Source: Candidatus Caldarchaeales archaeon (lineage in GTDB: Archaea > Thermoproteota > Nitrososphaeria_A > Caldarchaeales > Wolframiiraptoraceae). Taken from it: DNA of 42,788 nt. The position numbers were made by a program, and so were the translations under genes. How positions within the stretch are numbered: position 1 is the first letter of the stretch; each line of letters opens with the position of its first letter. Of the stretch, positions 26,596 to 36,196 are shown in pieces. Where the stretch lies: NCBI GenBank assembly GCA_039630055.1, contig JBCNVN010000007.1, positions 1-42,788 of the forward strand, given 5' to 3'. The notes below the pieces were generated by a model. That model saw nothing but the letters and a program-made list of their open reading frames with translations, ran no database searches and was not told where the DNA came from.

Positions 26596-27486
26596 TCACC
26601 TCACCAGTACATACTTAACCCTTCCACCATCAAAATATTCACTTAAAGATCTCTCATCTATCATCCAGGAGATATATGACTTAACCGCAGAACTATAGAG
26701 GAAATACATGGAAGGCGATATGTTGATCTTGAGATTTAGGAGAATGTTTGAGACTATTTCTTCAAGAGATGTGGGGTTGAGAGTACATTCTTCGATCAGT
26801 CTTCTAACCTTATCTATAGATTGAAGATTTACATCTATTAGCCTACTGATATCTGTAGCTGGATCAGCATGGGATAGAACATAGAACTTGAACCTTCTCT
26901 CCTTAATCTTCTCCAGAGTTCTCACGACCTCTCTAACATTGAAATGATATAATACTCCATATTTTTCTATTAGATTCTCAGGGAAGACTAGATCTGCTGT
27001 AAAAAATATATCATCAGCGATTACTCCATACATATTGAAAGAGTGGCCCGGTAGTGGGATATATTCTATTCTTAGCTCATCATCTAGACCAGCTTGAATA
27101 TTTCTATATACTTTTGAGGGTTGAGCCATGAAGAATTTATCTCTTAAGCTCTCCGATGGATAAGCACCATAAAGAAATATTGGTTCAAGGATAGGCTTCT
27201 CGATAAAATATGACTCAACCTCTGGAGCGAGTACCTTTGAGCCAGTCCTACTAACTATTATATTGTTACCTCCAATGTGGTCTGCGTGGGAATGAGTATT
27301 CAATAAGTATCTTAACTCTAGGCCAGCATCTTTAACTATATTAACTATCCTTCTCCCCTGATCTTCATCTAGTCCAGAATCGATAACTATACACCAACCA
27401 TCTCTACATACTACCCCAATATTGGTCCTTCCAGGAATATAGTAAATGTCTCCATGGATCTTCTTTAAAGCTCTGTCTGGACACAT
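26596..27486 (-). CDS. Metallo-beta-lactamase fold hydrolase
   Basis: IDSG, THSHADHIGGN, LPGHS, AD, SH motifs. Confidence 0.9.
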   Translation of the reverse strand: MCPDRALKKIHGDIYYIPGRTNIGVVCRDGWCIVIDSGLDEDQGRRIVNIVKDAGLELRYLLNTHSHADHIGGNNIIVSRTGSKVLAPEVESYFIEKPILEPIFLYGAYPSESLRDKFFMAQPSKVYRNIQAGLDDELRIEYIPLPGHSFNMYGVIADDIFFTADLVFPENLIEKYGVLYHFNVREVVRTLEKIKERRFKFYVLSHADPATDISRLIDVNLQSIDKVRRLIEECTLNPTSLEEIVSNILLNLKINISPSMYFLYSSAVKSYISWMIDERSLSEYFDGGRVKYVLVR

Positions 27487-27593
27487 CCAAGATCTGTTTA
27501 GATAGAATGATAGAGGCTTATAACGATTACTAGTAGATGAATGTCCTAAGATAATAGAATAAAGATAAGAATTAGAGATAATAGAAGATTCTG

Positions 27594-28880
27594 GTGGTTC
27601 GAGTTTTGAAGAGTTCTCTAAGATCCTTCATAGAGTGGTTAAGGAGTGAAGGTAAGATAGTGGAGATAGATGAGCCTGTCTCGACTAGATTCGAGATACC
27701 GTTAATGCTTAAGAAGCTTGAGCCGAAGCCTGTACTATTTCACAGAATAGTTGAACATCCCGATTTCAAGCTTGTGGGAAACCTCTGTGCAGATAGACAA
27801 CTCTTAGCAGCATCCATCGATACCTCTATAGAAAAGTTAAAAGAAAAGGTTATAGATGCTATAGATAATCCTGGACCGATCGAGATAGATGATAATCCAC
27901 CATGCCAAGAAGTCGTATTAGAAGACCCGGACTTGACGAGACTGCCCTTTATCTGGACGGGAATACGTGAGAGGGCTCCATACATATCGGCTGGAATAAT
28001 AGTAGCTTATGATAGAGAATATGGTTACAATGCCAGCTACCATAGGCTCATGTTACTGGATAAGAAGAGGGTGGCAGCTAGAATAGTTCCAAGACATCTG
28101 TATAAGTATATCGAGAGAGGTAATAGGGAGATTGCTATAACCATAGGAAACCATCCTGTCTTCATGTTCTCTTCAGCTATCTCACCAGAGCTGGGTATAA
28201 GCGAGCTGGCCATAGCATCAAGACTGAAACCGATAAAATATGCTAAGACATTGACTAACAACATACTGGTTCCAGCTGAGTGTGAGATAGTCTTAGAAGC
28301 ATATATAACAGATGAACTAGTAGATGAAGGACCATTCATAGATATTCTAGGAACATATGATATAGTACGAAAGGAAAGAGTTATAGAGGTTAGATGCATC
28401 ACTATGAGAAAGAATCCAATATTCCAATACATTCTACCAGCTGGTTATGAGCATAAGAATCTAATGGGGATCCCGAGGGAGATAACAATATTCCGTGAAG
28501 TGAGTAAGGTATGTGAATGTTTGGATGTTAGATTGACGCCGGGGAGTGGAGGATGGTTGAACGGCGTGGTAAAGATAAGAAAGAAGAATGAAGATGATGC
28601 TAGGAAAGCTATAGAAGCATCTTTCAGAGGGCATGAAAGCTTGAAATACGTGGTAGTCGTAGATGAAGACATAGACATATACAATATGGAAGATGTAGAG
28701 TGGGCTATAGCTACTAGAACCCAGATGGATAGAGACCTGGTTCTCAAGACTGGTGAGAAGGGGTCTTCTCTAGATCCTTCAGCAGACCAGATAACGAGAG
28801 CTACATGTAAAGCAGGTATAGATGCAACCATACCGCTAAATGTGAACAGGGAGAAGTTCATGAAAGCTACCATACCCTAA
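27594..28880 (+). CDS. UbiD-family prFMN-dependent decarboxylase, probable trans-anhydromevalonate 5-phosphate decarboxylase
   Basis: DLTRLP, YN.SYHR, VPRHL, EGPF.D..G.YD, VVDEDID...VEWAIATR, SSLDPS, K.GIDAT; adjacent to the AcnX pair. Confidence 0.88.
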   Translation: MVRVLKSSLRSFIEWLRSEGKIVEIDEPVSTRFEIPLMLKKLEPKPVLFHRIVEHPDFKLVGNLCADRQLLAASIDTSIEKLKEKVIDAIDNPGPIEIDDNPPCQEVVLEDPDLTRLPFIWTGIRERAPYISAGIIVAYDREYGYNASYHRLMLLDKKRVAARIVPRHLYKYIERGNREIAITIGNHPVFMFSSAISPELGISELAIASRLKPIKYAKTLTNNILVPAECEIVLEAYITDELVDEGPFIDILGTYDIVRKERVIEVRCITMRKNPIFQYILPAGYEHKNLMGIPREITIFREVSKVCECLDVRLTPGSGGWLNGVVKIRKKNEDDARKAIEASFRGHESLKYVVVVDEDIDIYNMEDVEWAIATRTQMDRDLVLKTGEKGSSLDPSADQITRATCKAGIDATIPLNVNREKFMKATIP

Positions 28881-29078
28881 ACATACAGAATATCAATGAA
28901 CATCTAAAAATCTAAAAATATGCTTATCTGAACATCATTATTTCTATCTCTTGAAATATATTCGCTATGAACAGATAGAAAGATCTACGTAATGTATAGT
29001 CTCTACTGAACATTAATATAATACGTTTAGAGATTACACCATCATAGGGATACATGAGCATCTGATCATGGTGGAAAG

Positions 29079-30269
29079 ATGTATCTGACAAGTGAAGAGG
29101 AGAAGATGCTTAATGGAGAGATGGGTCAGGCGACGCAGGTGGCCATGGAGATACTTGTAGCACTTGGAGAGATATATGGAGCGGAGAAGATGGTGCCGAT
29201 AGTCAGTGCCCAGATCTCTGGAGTATCCTACAAGAATCTAGGTGAAGCTGGATTAGAGTGGTTGGAAGGATTGTCTCGTGATGGTAAGGTGAGGGTAAAA
29301 ACAACTCTAAACCCCTCAGGAGTAGATTTTGACCAGTGGAGAGAGATGGGTATAAGTGAGAGCTTCGTAGAGAAACAGAAAAGAGTTATAAATGCATATC
29401 TGGCCATGGGTATCCAGCCTACACTAAGCTGTACACCATACTTGGCTGGAAACCTCCCCAAGTTTGGAGAACATCTAGCTTGGGGTGAAAGCTCTGCAGT
29501 CATCTTTGCCAACTCAGTCATCGGAGCCAGAACAAATAGAGAGGGTGGGCCGAGTGCATTGGCCGCAGCATTAACTGGTAGAACACCATACTATGGTCTA
29601 CATATAACAGAGAATCGATCATATTCTATGAGAGTAAAAGTTCCAGAGCTTAAAGATGAATACGATTTTGCACTACTAGGACATGTAGTGGGAAAGATAT
29701 CTAGAGGTAGGATACCATTGTTTACCGGGATTAAATCTGCGAATCATTCTGAGCTGAAAGCTCTTGGAGCAACTCTCTCCCTTACGGGAGGGACGCCGAT
29801 GTTTCATATCGATGGTTTAACCCCTGAATATACTATAACTCCAACAAGTAAAGTTGAAGAAATAGAGATCGAAGATAGAGAGTTGAAGGATGCTGCAGAA
29901 GAGTTTAAAGATGAGGTTGACCCAGAATTAATATTCATAGGCTGCCCCCATGCCTCACTAGAAGAGCTTATAATGCTTCTCGATAGGCTTGAAGGTAGAA
30001 TGGTTAAGAAGAAGGTATGGGTATATGTCTCGAGGGCTGTAAGTGATCTGGCTAGAGCCCTTGGAATATATCAGAAGCTTGAGAAGCTTGGCGTAAGAAT
30101 ACTATCGGATACATGTCCTATAATTGCACCTATAAATGAACTGAATATAAAAAGTGTTGCTACAAACTCTGTTAAAGGTGCATGGTACTCTAGAAATCTA
30201 AACAATTTGAAGGTCAAGCTTCTCAGATTAAACGATCTAGTAGAAGAGGCTGTAAAGGATGTACGTTGA
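29079..30269 (+). CDS. Aconitase X catalytic subunit, probable phosphomevalonate dehydratase large subunit
   Basis: MYLT.EEE.ML.GE, SGVSY.N.G, CTPY, WGESSA..FANS..GARTNRE, GCPHAS, DTC, TNS.K. Confidence 0.92.
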   Translation: MYLTSEEEKMLNGEMGQATQVAMEILVALGEIYGAEKMVPIVSAQISGVSYKNLGEAGLEWLEGLSRDGKVRVKTTLNPSGVDFDQWREMGISESFVEKQKRVINAYLAMGIQPTLSCTPYLAGNLPKFGEHLAWGESSAVIFANSVIGARTNREGGPSALAAALTGRTPYYGLHITENRSYSMRVKVPELKDEYDFALLGHVVGKISRGRIPLFTGIKSANHSELKALGATLSLTGGTPMFHIDGLTPEYTITPTSKVEEIEIEDRELKDAAEEFKDEVDPELIFIGCPHASLEELIMLLDRLEGRMVKKKVWVYVSRAVSDLARALGIYQKLEKLGVRILSDTCPIIAPINELNIKSVATNSVKGAWYSRNLNNLKVKLLRLNDLVEEAVKDVR

Positions 30270-30660
30270 GGTTAGAGGCAGGGTTATTAAGAAGGGAGAA
30301 GCTCGGGGAGAAGCATTGAAGACTACTGAGCCGATAAGTTTCTATGGAGGAGTAGATCCCGAGACAGGCATAGTAATAGAGAGAGGACATGAGCTGGAAG
30401 GAAAGAATATATCTGGAAAGATACTCGTATTTCCACAAGGTAAAGGCTCAACGGTAGGCTCATACGTACTCCTAAGACTTAAGAAGAATGGTAAAGCTCC
30501 ACTAGGTATTATCAATTGGTTCTGTGAACCCATAGTAGCAGTAGGCGCCATAATCTCAAACATACCGACGGTAGATAAAATAGATATATGCATGATAGAA
30601 GATGGAGACTGGGTCGAGATAAGTGGAGAAAGAGTCTTGATCAAGAAAAAATCTAGATAA
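30259..30660 (+). CDS. Aconitase X swivel (DUF126) subunit, probable phosphomevalonate dehydratase small subunit
   Basis: ISFYGGVDPETG, GKILVFP.GKGSTVGSYVL. Confidence 0.93.
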   Translation: MYVEVRGRVIKKGEARGEALKTTEPISFYGGVDPETGIVIERGHELEGKNISGKILVFPQGKGSTVGSYVLLRLKKNGKAPLGIINWFCEPIVAVGAIISNIPTVDKIDICMIEDGDWVEISGERVLIKKKSR

Positions 30661-30734
30661 AAAGTTACCTAATACATAGTATATCCACTAGATTTTTTAG
30701 TCGGAGATGACATTATGATCTACGGGAAGTCTTA

Positions 30735-31631
30735 TTGTTAATCTATGTTAGATTTCACGGTAGAGGTGGTCATGGAGTAAAGACTGCGAGTAGAATTCTC
30801 GGAAACGCCGCCCACCTCGAAGGCTACTATACTCAAGACTTCCCAGTATATGGTGCGGAGAGGAGAGGGGCACCGATAGTCGCATTTACCAGGATCTCAG
30901 ATGAACCATCACCAATATTTGATAGAGGATACATCTACAATCCGAACATGATCTTAATAGCCGATGAGTCCTTACTCAGAGATCCCATGGTAGCCCCTCT
31001 CGCAGGAATTCAGAGTGGTGGAACAATCTTCATAAATACGAGTAAACCGGTAGAGAAACTATCTTTAGATCGTGAAGATATAAGAGTGCTTACCGAGGAC
31101 CTGATAGGTCTATCCTTAAAGTATATTGGAAGAACGGTCTTGAGCTCTGGTCTCGGATCTATAGCAGCTAAACTAACAGGTCTGATTAAATGGAGCTCAG
31201 TAGAAGAAGGTGTGAAGGAAGAGCTATTAGAGATAGGTATTAAGGGAGAAATCTTAGAGAAAAATATAATCTTCGCTAAGGTATGTTTTGAGAGGGTATA
31301 CCCAGCATATCTACCGACTCCAAAACCCATCAGATCAAGCAGTATCTCGCCTATCGTCTGGCTTCCCCCTCATCTAACTATTCCCGAGGTAAGAAATGTA
31401 GGAAACTCTTGGATTAGGAAGACAGGCAACTGGAGGATCTTCAAACCTATAATAAACTCTGAGAAATGTACTAAATGTGGAGTATGTGTAATATATTGTC
31501 CAGAAGGAGTAGTAACAATGAGTAGAGATGGTCCCATGATAAACTATGATAACTGTAAAGGATGTCTAATATGTTTCAATGAGTGTCCTGTTAAAGCTAT
31601 CAACTATATTAGAGAGGTTGAAGCAGCATGA
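30735..31631 (+). CDS. 2-oxoacid:ferredoxin oxidoreductase gamma-delta fusion (PorC/PorD type)
   Basis: RFHGRGGHG, YGAERRGAP, TGNWR..KP, CTKCGVC..YCP, CKGCLIC..ECP. Confidence 0.93.
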   Translation: MLIYVRFHGRGGHGVKTASRILGNAAHLEGYYTQDFPVYGAERRGAPIVAFTRISDEPSPIFDRGYIYNPNMILIADESLLRDPMVAPLAGIQSGGTIFINTSKPVEKLSLDREDIRVLTEDLIGLSLKYIGRTVLSSGLGSIAAKLTGLIKWSSVEEGVKEELLEIGIKGEILEKNIIFAKVCFERVYPAYLPTPKPIRSSSISPIVWLPPHLTIPEVRNVGNSWIRKTGNWRIFKPIINSEKCTKCGVCVIYCPEGVVTMSRDGPMINYDNCKGCLICFNECPVKAINYIREVEAA

Positions 31632-32908
31632 TGAGAAGTAAAATAATCTCAGACCTTAAACATAGGAGAGAAGTACCGCCACATATTACAAAAGCCAAGA
31701 TGATGACTGGAAATACTGCAGCTGCATGGGCTGCGAGGTTGGCTGAGGTAGACTATATACCTGCATACCCAATAACACCTCAGACAGAGATTGTTGAAAA
31801 GCTTGCTGAATGGGTTGCTCTCGGAGAATTTAAAGCAAAATTAACAGTCATGGACTCTGAACACTCTATGCTAACCGCTGCTGGAACAGCATCATTAACA
31901 GGTGCAAGAGTATTCACAGCTACCTCCAGTCAAGGTCTACTCTATGGATTCGAGATGCTATACAATATTGCGGGTTGGAGGGCACCGTTGGTCTTGGTAA
32001 ATGTCAGTAGGTCTCTTGCTGCTCCAATATCTCTAGAACCAGACCATAATGATTTCCTATCTACTAGGGATTCAGGCTTCATACTTCTACAAGCAGAAAC
32101 ATGCCAGGAAGTCCTAGACCTAGTATTGTTAGGTTATAGGGTCTCGGAAGATCATAGAGTCCTCCTACCCACAATAGTAAACATGGATGGATTTCATACA
32201 TCCTTCACCCGTGAACCTGTCAAGCTGCCTGAGATCGATGAGGTTAGAAGGTTCCTACCCAGATATAATCTACCGAGACCATTTAGAGCAAGTAATCCTA
32301 TAGCTAAGGGAGCATCCGTTCTACGGCCACCACTATATAGCTTCTATAAGTATCAGATGCATCTATCCTCGATCAACGCTATCAACGTATTCAAGGAAGC
32401 ATGTGAAAAGTTTGAAGAATGTTTTGCTAGAAGATATGATGTAATCGAGAAGTATCTATTGGATGACTCTAGGTATGCTATCGTTATGATGGGCTCATAC
32501 TCTTCTATAGGAAAGAAGGCGGTAAAGATGCTTAGAGAAGAAGGTGTTAGCATAGGCCTCCTCAAGCTGAGAATGATCAGGCCTCTACCATCTAGAGAGA
32601 TTAGAAGAGCATTGGAAGGTAAGAAGGCTGTGGCGGTAATCGACCAGAACATCTCTCCAGGATTAGGTGGAATATTATACTCAGATATATCATCTATCCT
32701 ATATAACATGGTTAATAGGCCTAGGATTATCCTTCCAGTGATCGGTGGAGTCGGTGGAAAAAACATTACATTGGATGAGATCAGGTATGTTGTAGAATTG
32801 ATGGAAAAGTATGCTGATAGAGGAGAAATAGATCATCCAGTACTACTATTCAGGGAGGATGAGCTTAGAGAGGTAGAATCTCTCTTGAAGATAGGGGGTG
32901 GTGGATGA
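31628..32908 (+). CDS. 2-oxoacid:ferredoxin oxidoreductase alpha subunit (PorA type)
   Basis: GN.AAA, YPITPQT, SEHS, TATSSQGL, DGF..S. Confidence 0.94.
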   Translation: MMRSKIISDLKHRREVPPHITKAKMMTGNTAAAWAARLAEVDYIPAYPITPQTEIVEKLAEWVALGEFKAKLTVMDSEHSMLTAAGTASLTGARVFTATSSQGLLYGFEMLYNIAGWRAPLVLVNVSRSLAAPISLEPDHNDFLSTRDSGFILLQAETCQEVLDLVLLGYRVSEDHRVLLPTIVNMDGFHTSFTREPVKLPEIDEVRRFLPRYNLPRPFRASNPIAKGASVLRPPLYSFYKYQMHLSSINAINVFKEACEKFEECFARRYDVIEKYLLDDSRYAIVMMGSYSSIGKKAVKMLREEGVSIGLLKLRMIRPLPSREIRRALEGKKAVAVIDQNISPGLGGILYSDISSILYNMVNRPRIILPVIGGVGGKNITLDEIRYVVELMEKYADRGEIDHPVLLFREDELREVESLLKIGGGG

Positions 32909-33864
32909 TGTCTCAGTCAAGATTTAGAACCTTGAGAGATCTTATGGGAGAAGAATACATGGCTCCAGGTACATCTCTCTGCTCTGGATGTGGAGCCCTC
33001 CTAAATATCCGGTTATTCCATAAAGCTTTAGGAGAAAAAGTGGTATGGGTAAATGCTGCAGGATGTGTAACGCTGATGGTTGTTTATCCATTCTCACCTC
33101 TAAAGTCTTCATGGATGTATACCGCTATGGCTTGTGCACCTGCAGGAGCCCAAGGAATAAGAGATGCATTAGACATATTGATAGAGAGGGGGAAGATTCC
33201 TAGTGAAGAAGACCTGAAAGTAGTCGTGGTTACAGGTGATGGATCGGCTAGCGATATCGGTCTCCAGAGCACTTCTGGAGCTATACATCGTGGACTAGAC
33301 TTCTATTATCTTTGCTATGATAATGAAGCATTCGGTAACACAGGCTTCCAGTTCTCTCCATCGACACCCTATGGTTCTAGGACGATGACCTCTCCACCTA
33401 CACCACTAGTACCTGAAGGCCATAGAGGTAGAAAGAAGAATCTATTCGAGATATGGAGATCGCATAATCCCCCGTACCTGGCCACCATATCACCATCGCA
33501 TCCGATAGATATGGTGAAGAAGATTGAGAAGGCTGCGAACTATAGGGGGCCAAAGCTCTTCATATCTCTAGCTCCATGTCCTCCGGGATGGGGGTTCGAT
33601 ACCATGAAGACTGTGAGGATGGCTAAGCTAGCGGTTGAGACAGGGGTATGGCCGTTGAAAGAGGCATTATATGGTGAAGTACATCATACTTATATTCCTA
33701 AATCCTTAAAACCCGTAGAAGAATATCTGAGGGAACAAGAACGTTTTAAACACCTATTCTATCCTGTAAAGAGAGAAGATGTGATAGGAAAAATACAGAG
33801 GGAAGTAGATGAGTATTGGAGGAAGGTCTACGAAAGCGAGGTCGTAGAGGAGGGTAGATCCTAG
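32905..33864 (+). CDS. 2-oxoacid:ferredoxin oxidoreductase beta subunit (PorB type)
   Basis: CSGCG, GC, GDG...DIG, YDNEA..NTG.Q, PCP.GW, QERFKHL. Confidence 0.94.
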   Translation: MMSQSRFRTLRDLMGEEYMAPGTSLCSGCGALLNIRLFHKALGEKVVWVNAAGCVTLMVVYPFSPLKSSWMYTAMACAPAGAQGIRDALDILIERGKIPSEEDLKVVVVTGDGSASDIGLQSTSGAIHRGLDFYYLCYDNEAFGNTGFQFSPSTPYGSRTMTSPPTPLVPEGHRGRKKNLFEIWRSHNPPYLATISPSHPIDMVKKIEKAANYRGPKLFISLAPCPPGWGFDTMKTVRMAKLAVETGVWPLKEALYGEVHHTYIPKSLKPVEEYLREQERFKHLFYPVKREDVIGKIQREVDEYWRKVYESEVVEEGRS

Positions 33865-33881
33865 ACCAAGACCCCTAGTCT

Positions 33882-35372
33882 TTAGATTCTTATATTGAAT
33901 ATGCTCTGAGCTATTACTCCTACGAGGAAGAATCCATAGAATATTGTTCCAGCCACCAGTAATATCGTTGTGATTATCGAGGGTCTAAGCTCTCTCGGCA
34001 TAAATCTATAGTTAACTATTATCTGTAATGGATATGCGATCGTTAGAGCGAATAGACCTAGATTTGCACCTGTGAGGACGAGCTGATAGGGTGAAGCCCA
34101 TCCAAGAGTTAGTGAGCCAACCATTATCACTAGAGAGACCGTGAATAGCACGTATAGTATTAGATAGTATAATCTTCTAGGATCGTTTTTAGCCCACTCC
34201 TTAACCTTTTTACTAGCGAACCAGAAATTATCCATGATCGTTCTTGTAGTAGCATCCATCAAACCCCATTGTGTATCGAATAGTATCCAGAACCCTCCAA
34301 GTAAGACGATTACCCATGCCACTCCACCCAGTACATTCGATAAAGCTTGAGCTTGTGCTGCCGCAATCCCGAAACCTCTTAGAGATGCAGCCTGCTCTGG
34401 GGTTAAAAGTGCATGGGCCATGACGCTCGTCATTAGAACCGTGATAAATGTTAGGAGGGCGAAAACTATCCAGCCGTCTAATCTAAGAACGTTGATCCAG
34501 CCTCTCCACCTTCTCAGATTATCTTCATCTATCTTGAAGGATGTTTCATCTACACTCAGCTCAACCTTCCTACCTCCGATTACAGCAGATATGTAACCTA
34601 TCCTGTTAGCCATCCCCCATCCTTTATCTCTAGCATAGCTGGAGAGCATCAGGTTGAATCCGAAGCCTGCGGGTATGTAGGCTATGGCCCCAGAGATCGC
34701 TATCCAATCGATCTTACTCGGAGGTGGGAGTCCGCCTCTAGTAGAAGTGAAACCTCCCAAACCACTTAAGACTGTTAGCCAATCGTCGAGACTGGCAGCA
34801 GATAAAACAGCTATCAAGACCGTTATGAAGAGTAAGAATATTAGAGGCCAGCTTATCAGTTCGAGGGTTCTCTGAATCTTCCAGCCGATATGGAGTACGA
34901 TTAAACCTACAATCAATGCAATCAAGCTCCATAATAGTAGGATTGTAGAATCTTGAGGTCCTGGTAGCCTACCAAGCTGTAAGGCCGTGGCTGCCGTTGC
35001 CGAGGCTATAGCCCAAGCAGGCCACATCACTGGAACAAACAATAATATCGTCCAGATCCAAGCCCATCCCATTGGGCCGGGTGGAAGCCTCTGATAAGCT
35101 TTATGGATTGGCTGACCACAGTATACAGGATACTTCATAGATTCTACAGCGAGTACCGCTTGTAGTAGACATGAGAGCGCAGCAGTCCATAGTAACTGTG
35201 GGCCGAAGGTAGCGATCACGGCTGGAAAAGTGATCCATTCTCCTGAACCTATAGCTAGTGATGCCATTATAACCCCAGGTCCAAGCGCTCTTAGATACGC
35301 TCTAACGCTAGGTTCAGGTGGTGGAGGTAGATCGCCGGAATGCTCCTTTCCACTCATATTTAGGAGATTCAT
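33882..35372 (-). CDS. APC-superfamily (Nramp-like) secondary transporter, substrate unknown
   Basis: LGPG.I.A...IGSGEW TM1 motif and about 11 TM helices; lacks the DPGN metal motif of true Nramp/MntH. Confidence 0.8.
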   Translation of the reverse strand: MNLLNMSGKEHSGDLPPPPEPSVRAYLRALGPGVIMASLAIGSGEWITFPAVIATFGPQLLWTAALSCLLQAVLAVESMKYPVYCGQPIHKAYQRLPPGPMGWAWIWTILLFVPVMWPAWAIASATAATALQLGRLPGPQDSTILLLWSLIALIVGLIVLHIGWKIQRTLELISWPLIFLLFITVLIAVLSAASLDDWLTVLSGLGGFTSTRGGLPPPSKIDWIAISGAIAYIPAGFGFNLMLSSYARDKGWGMANRIGYISAVIGGRKVELSVDETSFKIDEDNLRRWRGWINVLRLDGWIVFALLTFITVLMTSVMAHALLTPEQAASLRGFGIAAAQAQALSNVLGGVAWVIVLLGGFWILFDTQWGLMDATTRTIMDNFWFASKKVKEWAKNDPRRLYYLILYVLFTVSLVIMVGSLTLGWASPYQLVLTGANLGLFALTIAYPLQIIVNYRFMPRELRPSIITTILLVAGTIFYGFFLVGVIAQSIFNIRI

Positions 35373-35462
35373 TAAATAACTGGTATTTCAAACTTGCCAC
35401 TGTGGGATCGATCTTCTTTAAAAGTTTATCTTCTTATATAACTTAAAACTCCGTTATATATG

Positions 35463-35990
35463 TTATAGTTTATACTTCTCTAAAGTCTCTCTAAAGATTC
35501 TATAGGTCTCATCATCGTAAAGACAGAAGATTATCTTCTTCAATCTCTTCCCACCCTCCATGAGATACTTGATAGCCGCCGATAACATTACCTCTGCACA
35601 TCTATCTTTCGGATACCCGAATATACCTGTAGAGATCGCTGGAAACGCTATAGACTCTATACCATGTTCTTCTGCTAGTTTAAGAGAGTTTACAGTTGCT
35701 CTCCTAAGCTTCTCATCCTCTTCTCCCTCACCCATCCTCGGACCAACGGCATGAATAACATATCTAGCCTTCAATCTTCCTCCACTAGTGATGACGGCTC
35801 CACCGACTGGACAGTATCCAATCCTATCACATTCTTCTTGAATTATCCTTCCACCCTTCTTGAGTATCGCTCCAGCTACACCCCCACCCATCTTCAAACT
35901 AGAGTTTGCAGCATTAACTATCGCATCTACTTCCAACTCTGTAATATCACCTTTAACAAGCTCAATAACCGCTCCACCAATCTTTAACAT
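35463..35990 (-). CDS. Macrodomain protein (ADP-ribose binding / O-acetyl-ADP-ribose deacetylase, YmdB-like)
   Basis: GDIT..VDAIVNAAN..L..GGGVAGAI, VIHAVGP, AFPAISTGIFGYP. Confidence 0.95.
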   Translation of the reverse strand: MLKIGGAVIELVKGDITELEVDAIVNAANSSLKMGGGVAGAILKKGGRIIQEECDRIGYCPVGGAVITSGGRLKARYVIHAVGPRMGEGEEDEKLRRATVNSLKLAEEHGIESIAFPAISTGIFGYPKDRCAEVMLSAAIKYLMEGGKRLKKIIFCLYDDETYRIFRETLEKYKL

Positions 35991-36196
35991 ACCTATAAAG
36001 AGGGATAAATCCCTAGATTAAAGATTATCTAGCCTCAGTAGATCAGAATATGAATTTATATAATAATCTGGGAATAATGATAGTAAACAATATAAGATTT
36101 AAGGATTCTATCGGGATTGATACATCCTAGACAAGATACCATCCATAATAATTAATATGATTATTCTTTAAAAATAAGATTGAACATGTTTCTGGT

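Noticed and set aside
31628-32908. Oxalate oxidoreductase
   Set aside because: Has YPITP rather than the YPIRP motif of oxalate oxidoreductase; substrate left unassigned.
33882-35372. MntH/Nramp metal (Mn/Ni) importer serving the hydrogenase
   Set aside because: Lacks the DPGN and MPH metal-binding motifs; the substrate cannot be assigned.
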